From sequence record PZ239915.1: a DNA stretch of 36,820 nt; one strand, given 5' to 3'. This DNA is from a phage. Below the pieces are notes generated by a model, which searched no databases, was not told the DNA's origin, and saw only the letters and a list, made by a program, of their open reading frames with translations. The translations under genes were made by a program, and so were the position numbers. Positions 15,241 through 24,637 of the stretch are shown here, piece after piece (positions within the stretch are counted from its first letter, which is position 1; every line of letters begins with the position of its first letter).

Positions 15241-15468
15241 ATGAGAACATTGAGACAGATTTTACACGGTTGCAAGAAGCATCACTACGTTTACTTTCGT
15301 GACATTCAGTGGTTTGAGGATGCTCATTGCATATATGGTTACAAAACTAAGCTAATATGCAAGAAATGCAGGCACGTCGAGAACAGCCAGGTGGATATGA
15401 TGATTTGCCGCAGCACACTTGACGACATTGCGTATGGAAAGCTCAAACATCCACCAGTTAAACCGTAA
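15241..15468 (+). CDS. hypothetical Cys/His-rich protein (75 aa)
   Basis: Track ORF 15217..15468 trimmed to the ATG at 15241 after GGTGATGG; C-x15-HC...CKKC...C pattern suggests a zinc ribbon. Confidence 0.4.
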   Translation: MRTLRQILHGCKKHHYVYFRDIQWFEDAHCIYGYKTKLICKKCRHVENSQVDMMICRSTLDDIAYGKLKHPPVKP

Positions 15469-15730
15469 TTGTTAAAAAGAGCTTGCATCACTGACCGGAA
15501 TTATCTAACATTAATCACGTAGGCAAACGAGCCATCCAAGATGGAACGGCGCACGGAGCGCAACTACTAAGTCCGTTGCTCATTAAGTAGCGCATGCGGC
15601 ATTAAGACCTAGCGCAAATAGGCAAAGTAAGACGACTGTAGGTCATTGTCACCTCATCGCTTGAACGCGGAGTCCCAGATTAACCGGCTGTATCAGGCAG
15701 CCCCGGAGCCGTAACCGGGATTCATTCAAA

Positions 15731-15808
15731 GCTCTGCTAGCTCAATTGGATAGCAGCAACGACCTTCTAAGTCGTAGGTTACTGGTTCGAATCCAGTGCG
15801 GAGCGCCA
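15731..15808 (+). tRNA. tRNA-Arg (anticodon UCU), with atypical D-arm
   Basis: Hand-folded cloverleaf: 7-bp acceptor stem (one G-U), U8, D-loop with GG, anticodon stem ACGAC/GTCGT with loop CTTCTAA (U33, anticodon TCT, A37), T-stem ACTGG/CCAGT with loop TTCGAAT, discriminator G and encoded CCA. D-stem has only 3 good pairs. Confidence 0.75.
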
Positions 15809-15823
15809 ATAAAGGAGTTCATT

Positions 15824-16006
15824 ATGTGGGATGTGAAGTTGTCCATTCGCTTAATGGGCCGCTCGTGCAAGAATTGCGCTCAAGACTACATCGCGTCAGT
15901 TGCCGCAATCAGCGCTGAGGATGCGGTAGCGAAAGTAAAAGAGATGTCAGGTGCTGACCCTGATACTAACAAATTCCTGGTAGCTTACGTTCGTGAGCGA
16001 AAGTAA
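15824..16006 (+). CDS. hypothetical protein (60 aa)
   Basis: Track ORF 15746..16006 overlaps the tRNA; trimmed to the ATG at 15824 after AAAGGAG. Confidence 0.45.
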   Translation: MWDVKLSIRLMGRSCKNCAQDYIASVAAISAEDAVAKVKEMSGADPDTNKFLVAYVRERK

Positions 16007-16050
16007 AAAGTGTTATACCCTCGTTTAAGTTTCATCTCTCTCGTTGTTTT

Positions 16051-16076
16051 AGCCCTCGCTTGAGGGCTTTTTTTCG
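16051..16076 (+). terminator. rho-independent terminator
   Basis: AGCCCTC/GAGGGCT stem, GCTT loop, 7-T run. Confidence 0.65.
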
Positions 16077-16079
16077 TCT

Positions 16080-16094
16080 GCAATATGCTATAAT
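16080..16094 (+). promoter_or_regulatory. extended -10 promoter candidate upstream of terminase small subunit
   Basis: TGCTATAAT directly after a terminator. Confidence 0.35.
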
Positions 16095-16117
16095 CTGGAA
16101 TCAACAAAGGAGGACTT

Positions 16118-16624
16118 ATGAGTAAAGCAGCATTAAAGATGGGTGAGGGAAATTTCAAGGCGCTCTACAACAAAAAATATGGTGATATTGCTATGGTGGC
16201 AATTAACCGCAAGTACACGCCTGAGGAAGTGTTCGATTTCTCTGTTCGATACTTCTCTTGGGCAGAAAGTGAGGCAATCAAGGCAATTGAGACGGCAGCA
16301 TTCCAGGGTGTGGTTAGTGAAAGCCTGGTGCACAAACCTCGAGTGTTCACATTAACTGGGTTGGCACTATTCATGGGTGTCAATATCAATAGGTTCGCTC
16401 GCTGGCGTACTGAGGCTGGATACTCTGATGTGATGGAATTCATTGACAACGTAATCTACGAGCAGAAATATCAGCTTGGCGTCGCGGGCATAATCAACTC
16501 AACTATCGTTGGTAAAGAGCTTGGCATTGATAAGCCGCAGGAGATTAATATTAGCAACAACTCAACAGCTAACGATGTTGACAGTATGAAGGAAGCTCTG
16601 GAATCTGTAATTAGCAAGCTATAA
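16118..16624 (+). CDS. terminase small subunit (putative)
   Basis: 168-aa ORF immediately upstream of the large terminase; HTH-like TLTGLALFMGVNINRFARW; preceded by a terminator and an extended -10. Confidence 0.6.
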   Translation: MSKAALKMGEGNFKALYNKKYGDIAMVAINRKYTPEEVFDFSVRYFSWAESEAIKAIETAAFQGVVSESLVHKPRVFTLTGLALFMGVNINRFARWRTEAGYSDVMEFIDNVIYEQKYQLGVAGIINSTIVGKELGIDKPQEINISNNSTANDVDSMKEALESVISKL

Positions 16625-16641
16625 CAATAAGAGGGTATAAC

Positions 16642-18207
16642 ATGTCTTTAGTATGGGAAGAAATGACCATTCAGGAAAAGATGGCCGTTAAGGCGATATC
16701 AGAACACAGCTTCGAGGGCTTTCTTCGTTGCTGGTTCCAGATCACGCAAGGCGAGCGATACATCCCTAACTGGCATCACAAGTACTTGTGCAGAATAATT
16801 GACGAGATTATCGCAGGAGAGCGCAAGGACACCATCATTAACATAGCACCAGGAAGCGGAAAGACGGAAATTGCCTCAATCCACTTCCCGGCCTATTCGA
16901 TGGTTAAGCTTAGGAAGGTGCGCAACCTTAACATCTCTTTTGCTGACTCCCTGGTTAAGCGTAACTCGAAGCGAGTACGTGACCTTATCAAGTCTCAAGA
17001 ATTTCAGTCACTCTGGCCATGCAAGTTTGGCACTTGCAAAGACGATGAGCTTCAGGTTCTTGATGAGAGTGGCAAGGTTAGATTTGAGTCAATATCAAAG
17101 GCGGCTGGAGGCCAGATTACTGGCGCTCGCGGTGGGTACATAACCGAAACATACAGCGGAGCCGTTCTTTTGGATGACTTTGACAAACCCGCAGATATGT
17201 TATCAGCAGTGTACCGCTCGAATAATCACGTAATGCTTAAAAATACGATTCGCTCACGTCGAGCCAGTTCTGTAAAAGGAAAAGCGACACCAATCATTTC
17301 GATACAGCAGCGGCTTCACGTCAATGACTCAACCTATTTCATGATGGAAGGCGGCATGGGTATAGAATTCGATTTGATTAAGATACCAGCATTAGTTACT
17401 GAGGATTACATTGATTCACTTCCTGACTGGATTAAAGATCAGTTTGCTGAGGACGTACTAAGCAGCGAATACATTGAGCGAGATGGCGTAAAGTACTACA
17501 GCTACTTTCCTAAAAAGGAATCCGTAAACGACCTGGTGGCAATGTGGGATAGCGACCCGTACACATTCCTTAGTCAATATCAGCAGGAGCCAGTAGCGCT
17601 GGGTGGCAACCTAATTAACGTGGACTGGTTCCAGAGAATCAGTGATACGTTCAGACCTCCAGCTAAGTACGACTATCGATTCATAACTTGCGATACCGCA
17701 ATGACCACTAAAAGTTACAGCGACTTCTCTGTTCTTCAGTTGTGGGGCTATAAAGATGCTAAGATTTACCTTATTGATCAGCGCAGGGGTAAATGGGAGG
17801 CCCCAGAGTTGGAGGCTGAACTGCTGGACTTCGAGAAGAAATCAAGGGCAACCAGTCAGTCAGATGGTATCCTCAGAAAGATTATTATCGAGAAGAAAGC
17901 GTCTGGTATAGGCCTGATTCAATCAGCTGGCAGGGTTATGCGAACACCGATAGAGCCATACGTACCGGATAATGACAAGCTAACCAGGGTGATGAGTGCA
18001 CTACCACAGATTAAGGCTGGTAACGTAGTTCTTCCAGAGTCATCGCCGTGGCTAAACGGATTGCTCACTGAGGTTGCGGCTTTTACGGCAGATGACTCGC
18101 ATAAGCACGACGACCAAATTGACTGTCTAACAATGGCGGCAAACCTTGTACTTAACATCGCGGATGATCCTAAGTCGAGACTGATGCGCATAGCTGGAAT
18201 GAAATAG
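16642..18207 (+). CDS. terminase large subunit
   Basis: 521 aa; Walker A APGSGKT in the N-terminal ATPase region, acidic nuclease-type C-terminal half; position before the portal. Confidence 0.85.
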   Translation: MSLVWEEMTIQEKMAVKAISEHSFEGFLRCWFQITQGERYIPNWHHKYLCRIIDEIIAGERKDTIINIAPGSGKTEIASIHFPAYSMVKLRKVRNLNISFADSLVKRNSKRVRDLIKSQEFQSLWPCKFGTCKDDELQVLDESGKVRFESISKAAGGQITGARGGYITETYSGAVLLDDFDKPADMLSAVYRSNNHVMLKNTIRSRRASSVKGKATPIISIQQRLHVNDSTYFMMEGGMGIEFDLIKIPALVTEDYIDSLPDWIKDQFAEDVLSSEYIERDGVKYYSYFPKKESVNDLVAMWDSDPYTFLSQYQQEPVALGGNLINVDWFQRISDTFRPPAKYDYRFITCDTAMTTKSYSDFSVLQLWGYKDAKIYLIDQRRGKWEAPELEAELLDFEKKSRATSQSDGILRKIIIEKKASGIGLIQSAGRVMRTPIEPYVPDNDKLTRVMSALPQIKAGNVVLPESSPWLNGLLTEVAAFTADDSHKHDDQIDCLTMAANLVLNIADDPKSRLMRIAGMK

Positions 18208-18247
18208 CACAAATTGCTAAACACTAAAGCCACGGATGGCGTATAGT
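18202..18247 (+). promoter_or_regulatory. conserved palindromic box + -10-like hexamer
   Basis: AAATAGCACAAATTGCTAAA, 22 bp, TATAGT; 29-bp block GTATAGTTACTTCACACAAACGAGAGGAG identical to 30239-30267. Confidence 0.5.
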
Positions 18248-18276
18248 TACTTCACACAAACGAGAGGAGAAGAAAG

Positions 18277-18609
18277 ATGAAGGCAGTATTTAAAGGTTAT
18301 AAAAAAGCTGGTCGTTTGGAATTTACTATTGGTAAGATTTATGAGTTATCAGAAACACGCGGAGTGGGTGGATATATGGGGGTGACTGATGACAGTGGCT
18401 TTCGGGCAATATTTATCCCAGACAACATCTATGATTTCGAGGTGTTGATCACAGATGAATTTATCGGTAAAGAAAAGCAATTCAAATACTACATCAATGG
18501 TGAAGCTGTTTCTAAAGTCAAGTTCGATGATACGCTGTTATGCGTCAAGGAATTTAAATCTGATGGCATTGATACATCATCAATCAAGTTCGAAGTAAAA
18601 TTCGAGTAA
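18277..18609 (+). CDS. hypothetical moron protein (110 aa), paralogue of 30274..30627
   Basis: Inserted between terminase and portal, with its own promoter box and terminator. Shares FKGYKK...NG..V.K..FDD.LL...KS.G...FEV.FE with the ORF at 30274. Confidence 0.55.
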   Translation: MKAVFKGYKKAGRLEFTIGKIYELSETRGVGGYMGVTDDSGFRAIFIPDNIYDFEVLITDEFIGKEKQFKYYINGEAVSKVKFDDTLLCVKEFKSDGIDTSSIKFEVKFE

Positions 18610-18630
18610 CCACAAAAGCTATGATAAACT

Positions 18631-18653
18631 AGCCCCTACATGGGGCTTTTTTA
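18631..18653 (+). terminator. rho-independent terminator
   Basis: AGCCCC/GGGGCT stem followed by TTTTTT. Confidence 0.6.
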
Positions 18654-18665
18654 TTGGAGAAAAAC

Positions 18666-19928
18666 ATGGTCAAGACAGACAGCTACGCCAATATCTTTCT
18701 AGGCGGCAGTGATGGTAGTGAGATTTACGGAAGTTTACAGAATCAGGATCCTACAATTCTGGCTTCGCTTTATGCGAATAATGCCCTGGTTCGTAGAATT
18801 ATCGACACAATCCCGGAGACGGCATTGGCGGCAGGATTCCACATTGATGGCATTGATGATGAACCTGAATTCTGGTCTCGCTGGGACTACCTAGAGCTAA
18901 CAAAACACATCAATGAAGCCTGGTCTTGGGCTAGATTGTTCGGAGGTTCTGCAATTGTTGCTATCGTTAAGGACAATAGGGCATTAACAAGTCCGGTCAG
19001 GGAAGGTGCAGAACTTGAAACTGTACGCGTTTACGACCGCACACAAGTAAAAGTACAAACTCGAGAGGAGAATCCACGCAACGCACGTTTCGGTAAGCCG
19101 CTAACCTATCGCATCACCACTAATGAGAGCGATATGTTCTACGATGTGCATTACAGCCGCATTCACATTATTGATGGCGAGAGAGTTCCTAATGCAATGC
19201 GTCGGCAAAATGATGGCTGGGGCCGCAGCGTTCTATCAAGTGACATTCTTGACTCAATCAAGGATTACACCAACTGCGAGCGGCTGGCTACTCAGTTACT
19301 TAAGCGTAAGCAGCAGGTGGTCTGGAAGGTAAAAGACCTGGCATTGCTATGTGATGACAGCGAAGGGGTTGGTGCAGCCAGATTGCGGCTTGCCCAGGTT
19401 GACAACAATAGTGGAGTTGGTCAGGCAATTGGGATTGACGCGGAATCAGAAGAATACAGCGTTCTTAACTCTGACATTGGCGGGATTGATGCGTTCCTGG
19501 ATAAGAAGTTTGACAGAATCGTTGCTCTGAGCGGCATCCATGAAATAATCCTGAAGAACAAGAACGTCGGCGGCTTATCATCAAGCCAGAATACAGCGCT
19601 TGAGACATTCCATAAGCTAGTCGATCGCAAGCGTAACGCTGAACTGCTGCCGATTCTCGGGTTCCTGATTCCGTTTATTTCAGACGAGCAAGAATGGTCG
19701 GTGGAGTTTAACCCTCTAGCCCAGGAGTCAAGCAAGGACAAGGCGGAGACTCTGGAGAAGAATGTAAACAGCATTGCGACACTAATTGCAGCTGGCGCTA
19801 TGGATACTAGCGAGGCACGTGATACCCTACGCACTATCGCACCAGAAATTAAGATTGGTGATGGCGATATTGAACCTAAAGAACCAGTCCAGGAAGCAAT
19901 GGCGCCGACAGAGGAACCTAATGAATGA
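18666..19928 (+). CDS. portal protein (putative)
   Basis: 420-aa ORF directly after the terminase; track TTG start 18654 replaced by the ATG at 18666 after GGAGA. Assignment rests mainly on synteny. Confidence 0.65.
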   Translation: MVKTDSYANIFLGGSDGSEIYGSLQNQDPTILASLYANNALVRRIIDTIPETALAAGFHIDGIDDEPEFWSRWDYLELTKHINEAWSWARLFGGSAIVAIVKDNRALTSPVREGAELETVRVYDRTQVKVQTREENPRNARFGKPLTYRITTNESDMFYDVHYSRIHIIDGERVPNAMRRQNDGWGRSVLSSDILDSIKDYTNCERLATQLLKRKQQVVWKVKDLALLCDDSEGVGAARLRLAQVDNNSGVGQAIGIDAESEEYSVLNSDIGGIDAFLDKKFDRIVALSGIHEIILKNKNVGGLSSSQNTALETFHKLVDRKRNAELLPILGFLIPFISDEQEWSVEFNPLAQESSKDKAETLEKNVNSIATLIAAGAMDTSEARDTLRTIAPEIKIGDGDIEPKEPVQEAMAPTEEPNE

Positions 19929-19961
19929 TGAATTTGATGGCTTTTAGTGAGGAGAATTGGG

Positions 19962-21047
19962 ATGTGTAAAATCCGCTATGACAGCGCAAAGTTTAAGGCA
20001 ACAATCGACGAGAATGGATTCTTAGTCGACACGCCAGTGGTGGCGCGTCTAGGCGTGCAAGTCTACTACATGGAGGACGGTCGAACGGTTCGGGAGTTTC
20101 GCCCAGCGGAGGAGGTTTTCAAGGATGAATCTCTAGCCAGCTACCAGGGCAAGCCAATGACTCTTGACCATGTTTTCGTTAACTCAGAGAACGCTAAAGA
20201 GGTAGTAGTTGGCTCAGTTGCTGGAAAGGCAGAGCCATTAGGCAGCTCCGTGGTTGCTCCAATTGTTATTTACGATAACACAGCAATTAAGGAAGCCATG
20301 GCAGGTAACGCAAAGGAGTTATCCGTTGGATACTCATCAGTTATTGATTACACCCCCGGCTGGGGCGACCCTGTTACTGGCGAGTACTTCCTTAAGTCTG
20401 AAAGTGAGCTATTCGACGTACCAGAAGGATGGCAGGAGTTCGACGCAATTCAGCGTGACATTAAAGTGAACCATCTGGCAATGGTGTATCGCGGTCGCGC
20501 AGGTATTGCCAAATTGAATATGGACGGTGAGCAGGAAAACCCGTATACTACTGACGTTGATATCAATAAAGAGGATAAACAGGAAATGATTAAGATTAAA
20601 CTCGACGGCGCGAAGGAATTTGAAGTCGCCCCGGAAGTCGCTTCTCACATCGAAGCGCTGAACGCAAAGGCTGACACCGCAATCGCAGAGCGCGATTCTC
20701 TGAAAGCTAAAGTAGATGCAATGCCAGCTGAAATCGAAGCTGCCGTTGCTAAAGCGAAAGCTGATGCTGATGCCCTAGCCGCTCTGGTTGCTGTTGCTGC
20801 TGAGGCTGGTGTTAAGGCTGACGGTCTGGATGCTAAAGGCATTAAAGTTGCTTACGTTAAAGAAGTCTCCGGTCTTGATGTTAGTGAGAAGTCTGACGCA
20901 TACATCGACGCGGCATTCGACATTGCCAAAGAATCTGATAAAATGGCTGAAGTACGTAAAGCAACTACTGCTTCCGACAAATCTGACAGCGCCGATGAGC
21001 CTAAGAAATTAGACCCACGTGCTCGTTTAGCTAAAATTAAGAAATAA
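19962..21047 (+). CDS. prohead scaffold/protease-like protein
   Basis: ATG at 19962 after GGAGAA (track GTG at 19947). C-terminal third is an Ala/Lys/Asp/Glu-rich predicted coiled coil typical of scaffolds. Sits between portal and capsid. Confidence 0.5.
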   Translation: MCKIRYDSAKFKATIDENGFLVDTPVVARLGVQVYYMEDGRTVREFRPAEEVFKDESLASYQGKPMTLDHVFVNSENAKEVVVGSVAGKAEPLGSSVVAPIVIYDNTAIKEAMAGNAKELSVGYSSVIDYTPGWGDPVTGEYFLKSESELFDVPEGWQEFDAIQRDIKVNHLAMVYRGRAGIAKLNMDGEQENPYTTDVDINKEDKQEMIKIKLDGAKEFEVAPEVASHIEALNAKADTAIAERDSLKAKVDAMPAEIEAAVAKAKADADALAALVAVAAEAGVKADGLDAKGIKVAYVKEVSGLDVSEKSDAYIDAAFDIAKESDKMAEVRKATTASDKSDSADEPKKLDPRARLAKIKK

Positions 21048-21059
21048 GGAGTTATAAAC

Positions 21060-21581
21060 ATGGCAATTCGTTCCGTAGCACTGGCTGGTATGGTTTCTGA
21101 TACTTCTCTGTACAACATCGACGGCGCTTGCGTAGTTGGCGGCGCAGCAGCCATTCCGGTTGGCACTTTTGTTGGCGTTACATCCGCTCAGCCTGTAGAT
21201 GGTCACAAGGTTGTTGGCCTCCCTGCTGTAACTGGTACACCAGTTAAACCTTATGGTGTTGTTGTTAAATCTCATTACGAGACTCCAGATGGCACAGCTC
21301 GCGTAAATGAAGCGGTTAACGTAATGACTCATGGTCGAATCTGGGTTCGTACAACTCTAGCGGCTGCGCCAGTTTTTGGTAGTAAGGTTTACGTAAACGC
21401 GAGTGGCGTTGTTGCTGCTGAGGCTGCTACCACTACCTGGGAAACTGGTTTTACATTTGCTGGTGGCTATGTGTCGGCTTACGCTGGCGGCGCTGACCCA
21501 ATTAAGCAAGGTGAAAGCGTTGATGGTGCAATGGTTGAGGTTCAGTTGATTCAATCAGCAGACTCAACTGTCGCTGCTTAA
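21060..21581 (+). CDS. putative capsid decoration/structural protein
   Basis: 173-aa Gly/Ala/Val-rich ORF between scaffold and major capsid genes; followed by a strong terminator. Function from position only. Confidence 0.4.
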   Translation: MAIRSVALAGMVSDTSLYNIDGACVVGGAAAIPVGTFVGVTSAQPVDGHKVVGLPAVTGTPVKPYGVVVKSHYETPDGTARVNEAVNVMTHGRIWVRTTLAAAPVFGSKVYVNASGVVAAEAATTTWETGFTFAGGYVSAYAGGADPIKQGESVDGAMVEVQLIQSADSTVAA

Positions 21582-21596
21582 TAATTAAGATATATA

Positions 21597-21621
21597 AAGC
21601 CTCCTTCGGGAGGTTTTTTAT
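21597..21621 (+). terminator. rho-independent terminator
   Basis: GCCTCC/GGAGGT stem, TTCG loop, T run. Confidence 0.65.
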
Positions 21622-21638
21622 TGCCCGTCATCCCACCA

Positions 21639-21666
21639 TTGCGTGGGCTAAAAACTCGTGTATAAT
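21639..21666 (+). promoter_or_regulatory. sigma70-like promoter upstream of the major capsid gene
   Basis: TTGCGT, 16-bp spacer, TATAAT. Confidence 0.45.
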
Positions 21667-21704
21667 GAACCCGTAGACACCTAACTGAAAAGGAACAATA
21701 AAGA

Positions 21705-22652
21705 ATGGCTATTAAATTTGATGCAGAACAAGCAAAAATCACCGCTCACCTCGAGCAAATGGGCGTAGATAAGGCAGATGCCGCTGGCATCTGGACCGTT
21801 AAGCAGTTGACTGCTACTCTGAATCGCGCTTACGAGAAAGAATACCCGGATAACTCCGTTGTTAATATCTTCCCTGTAAGTAACGAAATTCCAAGTCACG
21901 CAAAATACTTTGAGTACCCGGAGTTCGATGGTGTAGGTATTGCTCAGATTATCGCTGATTACTCTGATGACCTGCCGCTGGTTGATGCTTTCATGACTGA
22001 GAAACAGGGTAAAGTTTTCCGCTTCGGTAACGCGTTCCTCGTTTCTGTTGACGAAATCAAAGCTGGTGCAGCAACAGGTCAGCCACTATCAACTCGCAAG
22101 CAAGCCCTGGCTTTTGAAGCGCACGACAACCTGCTGGATAAACTGGTTTGGTCAGGTTCAGTTCCGCACGGTATTACTAGTGTATTTAACGCTCCTAACG
22201 TTAACCAGGTAACAGCATCTGCTGGTGGTTGGCAGTCAGCAGCAGTAGCGGTGGCAGATATCACAAACATGATTGACGCTATCGAGACGACAACTCAGGG
22301 TGTTCACAGTGCAACCGATATTATTCTGCCAGCATCCGCTCGTCGACTGATGCAGCAGTTGGTTCAGAATACTACTATCAGCTACGGCGAGTTGTTTACT
22401 CGTAACAACCCAGGCGTAACACTGCGTTACCTTCAGTTCCTGGATAACTATGATGGCGCAGGTGGTAAAGCGGCTCTTGCATTTGAGAAAGACCCTCTGA
22501 ACCTCAGCATTGAGATTCCGGAAGCAACTAACGTACTTCCTGGTCAGCCAAAGGATTTGCACTTCAAGTACCCTGTTACCTCGAAGTCTACCGGGTTGAT
22601 TATCTACCGTCCGCTGACTGTTTCGGTACTGAAAGGAATTACCTACCCTTAA
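21705..22652 (+). CDS. major capsid protein
   Basis: 315-aa ORF with its own sigma70-like promoter (TTGCGT-16-TATAAT) and a strong terminator; size and position match a phage major capsid. Confidence 0.7.
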   Translation: MAIKFDAEQAKITAHLEQMGVDKADAAGIWTVKQLTATLNRAYEKEYPDNSVVNIFPVSNEIPSHAKYFEYPEFDGVGIAQIIADYSDDLPLVDAFMTEKQGKVFRFGNAFLVSVDEIKAGAATGQPLSTRKQALAFEAHDNLLDKLVWSGSVPHGITSVFNAPNVNQVTASAGGWQSAAVAVADITNMIDAIETTTQGVHSATDIILPASARRLMQQLVQNTTISYGELFTRNNPGVTLRYLQFLDNYDGAGGKAALAFEKDPLNLSIEIPEATNVLPGQPKDLHFKYPVTSKSTGLIIYRPLTVSVLKGITYP

Positions 22653-22658
22653 TAAATC

Positions 22659-22682
22659 GCCCTCTTAGGAGGGCTTTTTTTC
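22659..22682 (+). terminator. rho-independent terminator
   Basis: GCCCTC/GAGGGC stem, TTAG loop, 7-T run after the capsid gene. Confidence 0.7.
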
Positions 22683-22744
22683 GCCTGTACCAAATCGTTT
22701 TGTTGAGTTATAATCACTGAATCAGATAAACAAAGGAGATTAAA

Positions 22745-22990
22745 ATGATTCGTTTAGAACACACTGGCGCTTGCTTTATCATGATTGATGGTAAGGGTTA
22801 TGTTCCAGGTGATTTGATTGAAACCGAAGTGCTTAGCGCTGGCATTAAGCAGCTAATTGCAGAAGGTCGCCTAACTCTGGCTGATGACCCTAAAGAGTCA
22901 AAAAAGATTGCTGAAGAGATTTCGAGCAAGCGTAAGCGCAAAGAACCGAAAACCATCTCTGAAGCTGAGACTGGTAACGAGTACAAATAA
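22745..22990 (+). CDS. hypothetical structural-module protein (81 aa)
   Basis: Track ORF with AAGGAGA RBS between capsid and connector genes. Confidence 0.5.
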   Translation: MIRLEHTGACFIMIDGKGYVPGDLIETEVLSAGIKQLIAEGRLTLADDPKESKKIAEEISSKRKRKEPKTISEAETGNEYK

Positions 22991-23031
22991 CAAACAGGGC
23001 GCTTCGGCGTCCTTTATTGTATGGAGCTAAT

Positions 23032-23433
23032 ATGAATGATGCAATTTTGGCATTTATGCGATCGCTTGTTCCTGCGCTCAAAGCGGTGGATGACGAATCA
23101 ATTAATGTATGGATTGATTTGGCACGTCTATACGTATGCGAAAGCAAGTTTGGCGCAGACAAAGACAAGGCTACCGCGCTTTATGCACTACACCTGATGC
23201 TTGCTGATGGCGCATTTAAGGGTGAGAATGAGGGTCTGGAAACATACAGTCGTAGAATGGCAAGTTACGCACTGAGTGGTGAGTTCTCTATCACTTATGA
23301 TAACCAATCAGCAATCCAGGGTGACTTATCATCTTCCTCATGGGGCCGCATGTACAAAGCACTCCTCCGCAAGAAAGGTGGCGGCTTTGGATTGATTACT
23401 TCCGCTGCTGGCGGTGGGTGCGGTTGCCGATGA
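23032..23433 (+). CDS. putative head-tail adaptor
   Basis: Track TTG start 23017 replaced by the ATG at 23032 after GGAG; position after the capsid gene. Confidence 0.45.
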   Translation: MNDAILAFMRSLVPALKAVDDESINVWIDLARLYVCESKFGADKDKATALYALHLMLADGAFKGENEGLETYSRRMASYALSGEFSITYDNQSAIQGDLSSSSWGRMYKALLRKKGGGFGLITSAAGGGCGCR

Positions 23434-23801
23434 ACTACAGCGAAATAGAATCAATCACTCGCGCTGGTATTAACTTCTTCAGCGATTCAAATGGCGTTTA
23501 CGAGATGAGTACAGGCGCTGGATATGTTGAAATCGTTAACGGCGTTGAGGTAGAAGTGCCAGCAAAAACATTTCAGTTAAAGGGCTTGGTGCGAGAAATC
23601 AAGACGCGCGATATAGATGGTGAGTTTATCCAGTTTGGCGATAAGCGCGGAATCTTCACGGCCCAGGCAGAAATCAAGCAGGGTTATCAGATTAAGGTTG
23701 ATGGTGAGACTTTTATTGTTGTTGACTCGAGACCTGTTAAACCGACAGGGACAGTTGTTGGGTATCGACCTATTCTTCGTAGGGTGGCTACTTATGGCTA
23801 G
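23430..23801 (+). CDS. putative head closure / head-tail joining protein
   Basis: Track ORF trimmed to the ATG at 23430 that overlaps the upstream TGA; ~120 aa, size and position typical of head-closure proteins. Confidence 0.45.
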   Translation: MNYSEIESITRAGINFFSDSNGVYEMSTGAGYVEIVNGVEVEVPAKTFQLKGLVREIKTRDIDGEFIQFGDKRGIFTAQAEIKQGYQIKVDGETFIVVDSRPVKPTGTVVGYRPILRRVATYG

Positions 23802-24231
23802 AAATATTGGGAGCGTTGCTACGTTTGAGAAATCTATTGCTGACTGGATTGACAGGGCCGATAAGGGATTTGAGATTGTGGTGGCTAATACGGTCACTAA
23901 AACAGCTAACGCAATTGTTGACCTTTCGCCCGTCGACACTGGTAGGTTCAAGGCTAACTGGCAAATCACCGCAAACTCACCAGCCCAACAGTCTCTTAAT
24001 GAGTACGACCAGACTGGTGGCCAGACAAAAACATATCTCGCCAGACAGGCCAGGGCAGTTGCCAATTCAAAGGCCACTAGTGTTATTTATATCACTAACC
24101 GACTTGATTACGCTGCTGGGCTTGAGTATGGCGCATCAAATCAGGCTCCAGCCGGTGTTTTAGGCGTGGTGCAAGCAAGGTTGGGTAGGTATTTCCAGGA
24201 AGCAGTAGAGGAGGCGCGTCGTGCAATATGA
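23794..24231 (+). CDS. putative neck / tail completion protein
   Basis: Track ORF trimmed to the ATG at 23794 overlapping the upstream gene end. Confidence 0.45.
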   Translation: MARNIGSVATFEKSIADWIDRADKGFEIVVANTVTKTANAIVDLSPVDTGRFKANWQITANSPAQQSLNEYDQTGGQTKTYLARQARAVANSKATSVIYITNRLDYAAGLEYGASNQAPAGVLGVVQARLGRYFQEAVEEARRAI

Positions 24232-24622
24232 ATTATCATTAGCGGCAAGGAAATTCGTCGACGATTTGTTGGTAAATGAATTTCCCGTCAGGTATCCAGT
24301 TGCGTGGGAGAATACTGCATTCACTCCTCCAGCAGATGGGTCAATCTGGCTTAAGTACGACTACACAGAAGTTGATACTGTAACCTACGGATTAAGCAGG
24401 AAGTGCAAATACTACGTAGGCATGGTGCAGGTTTCTGTTTTCTTCAGCCCTGGCATTGGAATTGATAAGCCGAGACGGATTGCTAATCAATTGGCAGAAT
24501 CTATCGTTGATGGTACAATGCTTGACAGCGGGACCATTTATGAGTCTGGAGTTGTTAACCCGGTTATCAAATCCAAGTCTGGGTGGTTTATCCCGGTTCG
24601 TTTTTATGTTCGTCTAGACTAA
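24221..24622 (+). CDS. putative tail terminator (gpU-like)
   Basis: GTG start 8 nt after GAGGAGG; 133 aa immediately upstream of the major tail protein. Confidence 0.45.
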   Translation: MQYELSLAARKFVDDLLVNEFPVRYPVAWENTAFTPPADGSIWLKYDYTEVDTVTYGLSRKCKYYVGMVQVSVFFSPGIGIDKPRRIANQLAESIVDGTMLDSGTIYESGVVNPVIKSKSGWFIPVRFYVRLD

Positions 24623-24637
24623 CAAAAGGAAAAATAC

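Noticed and set aside
15180-15248. 22-codon hydrophobic mini-ORF (MSELTIWFVAGLITWAYFMVMA) overlapping two neighbouring genes
   Set aside because: Too short to support from sequence alone; could be a small membrane peptide but equally a chance ORF in the overlap region.
15469-15730. A second tRNA upstream of tRNA-Arg
   Set aside because: No T-loop (GTTCGAATC-like) or complete cloverleaf could be folded by eye; only partial anticodon-arm-like fragments. Left as unresolved structured non-coding sequence.
20254-21554. Multiple track ORFs embedded in or antisense to the scaffold and decoration-like genes (e.g. 20254..20469, 20645..20842, 20852..21166, 21357..21554)
   Set aside because: Overlap strongly supported structural genes; the Ala-rich translations come from the GC-rich coiled-coil coding region read in other frames.
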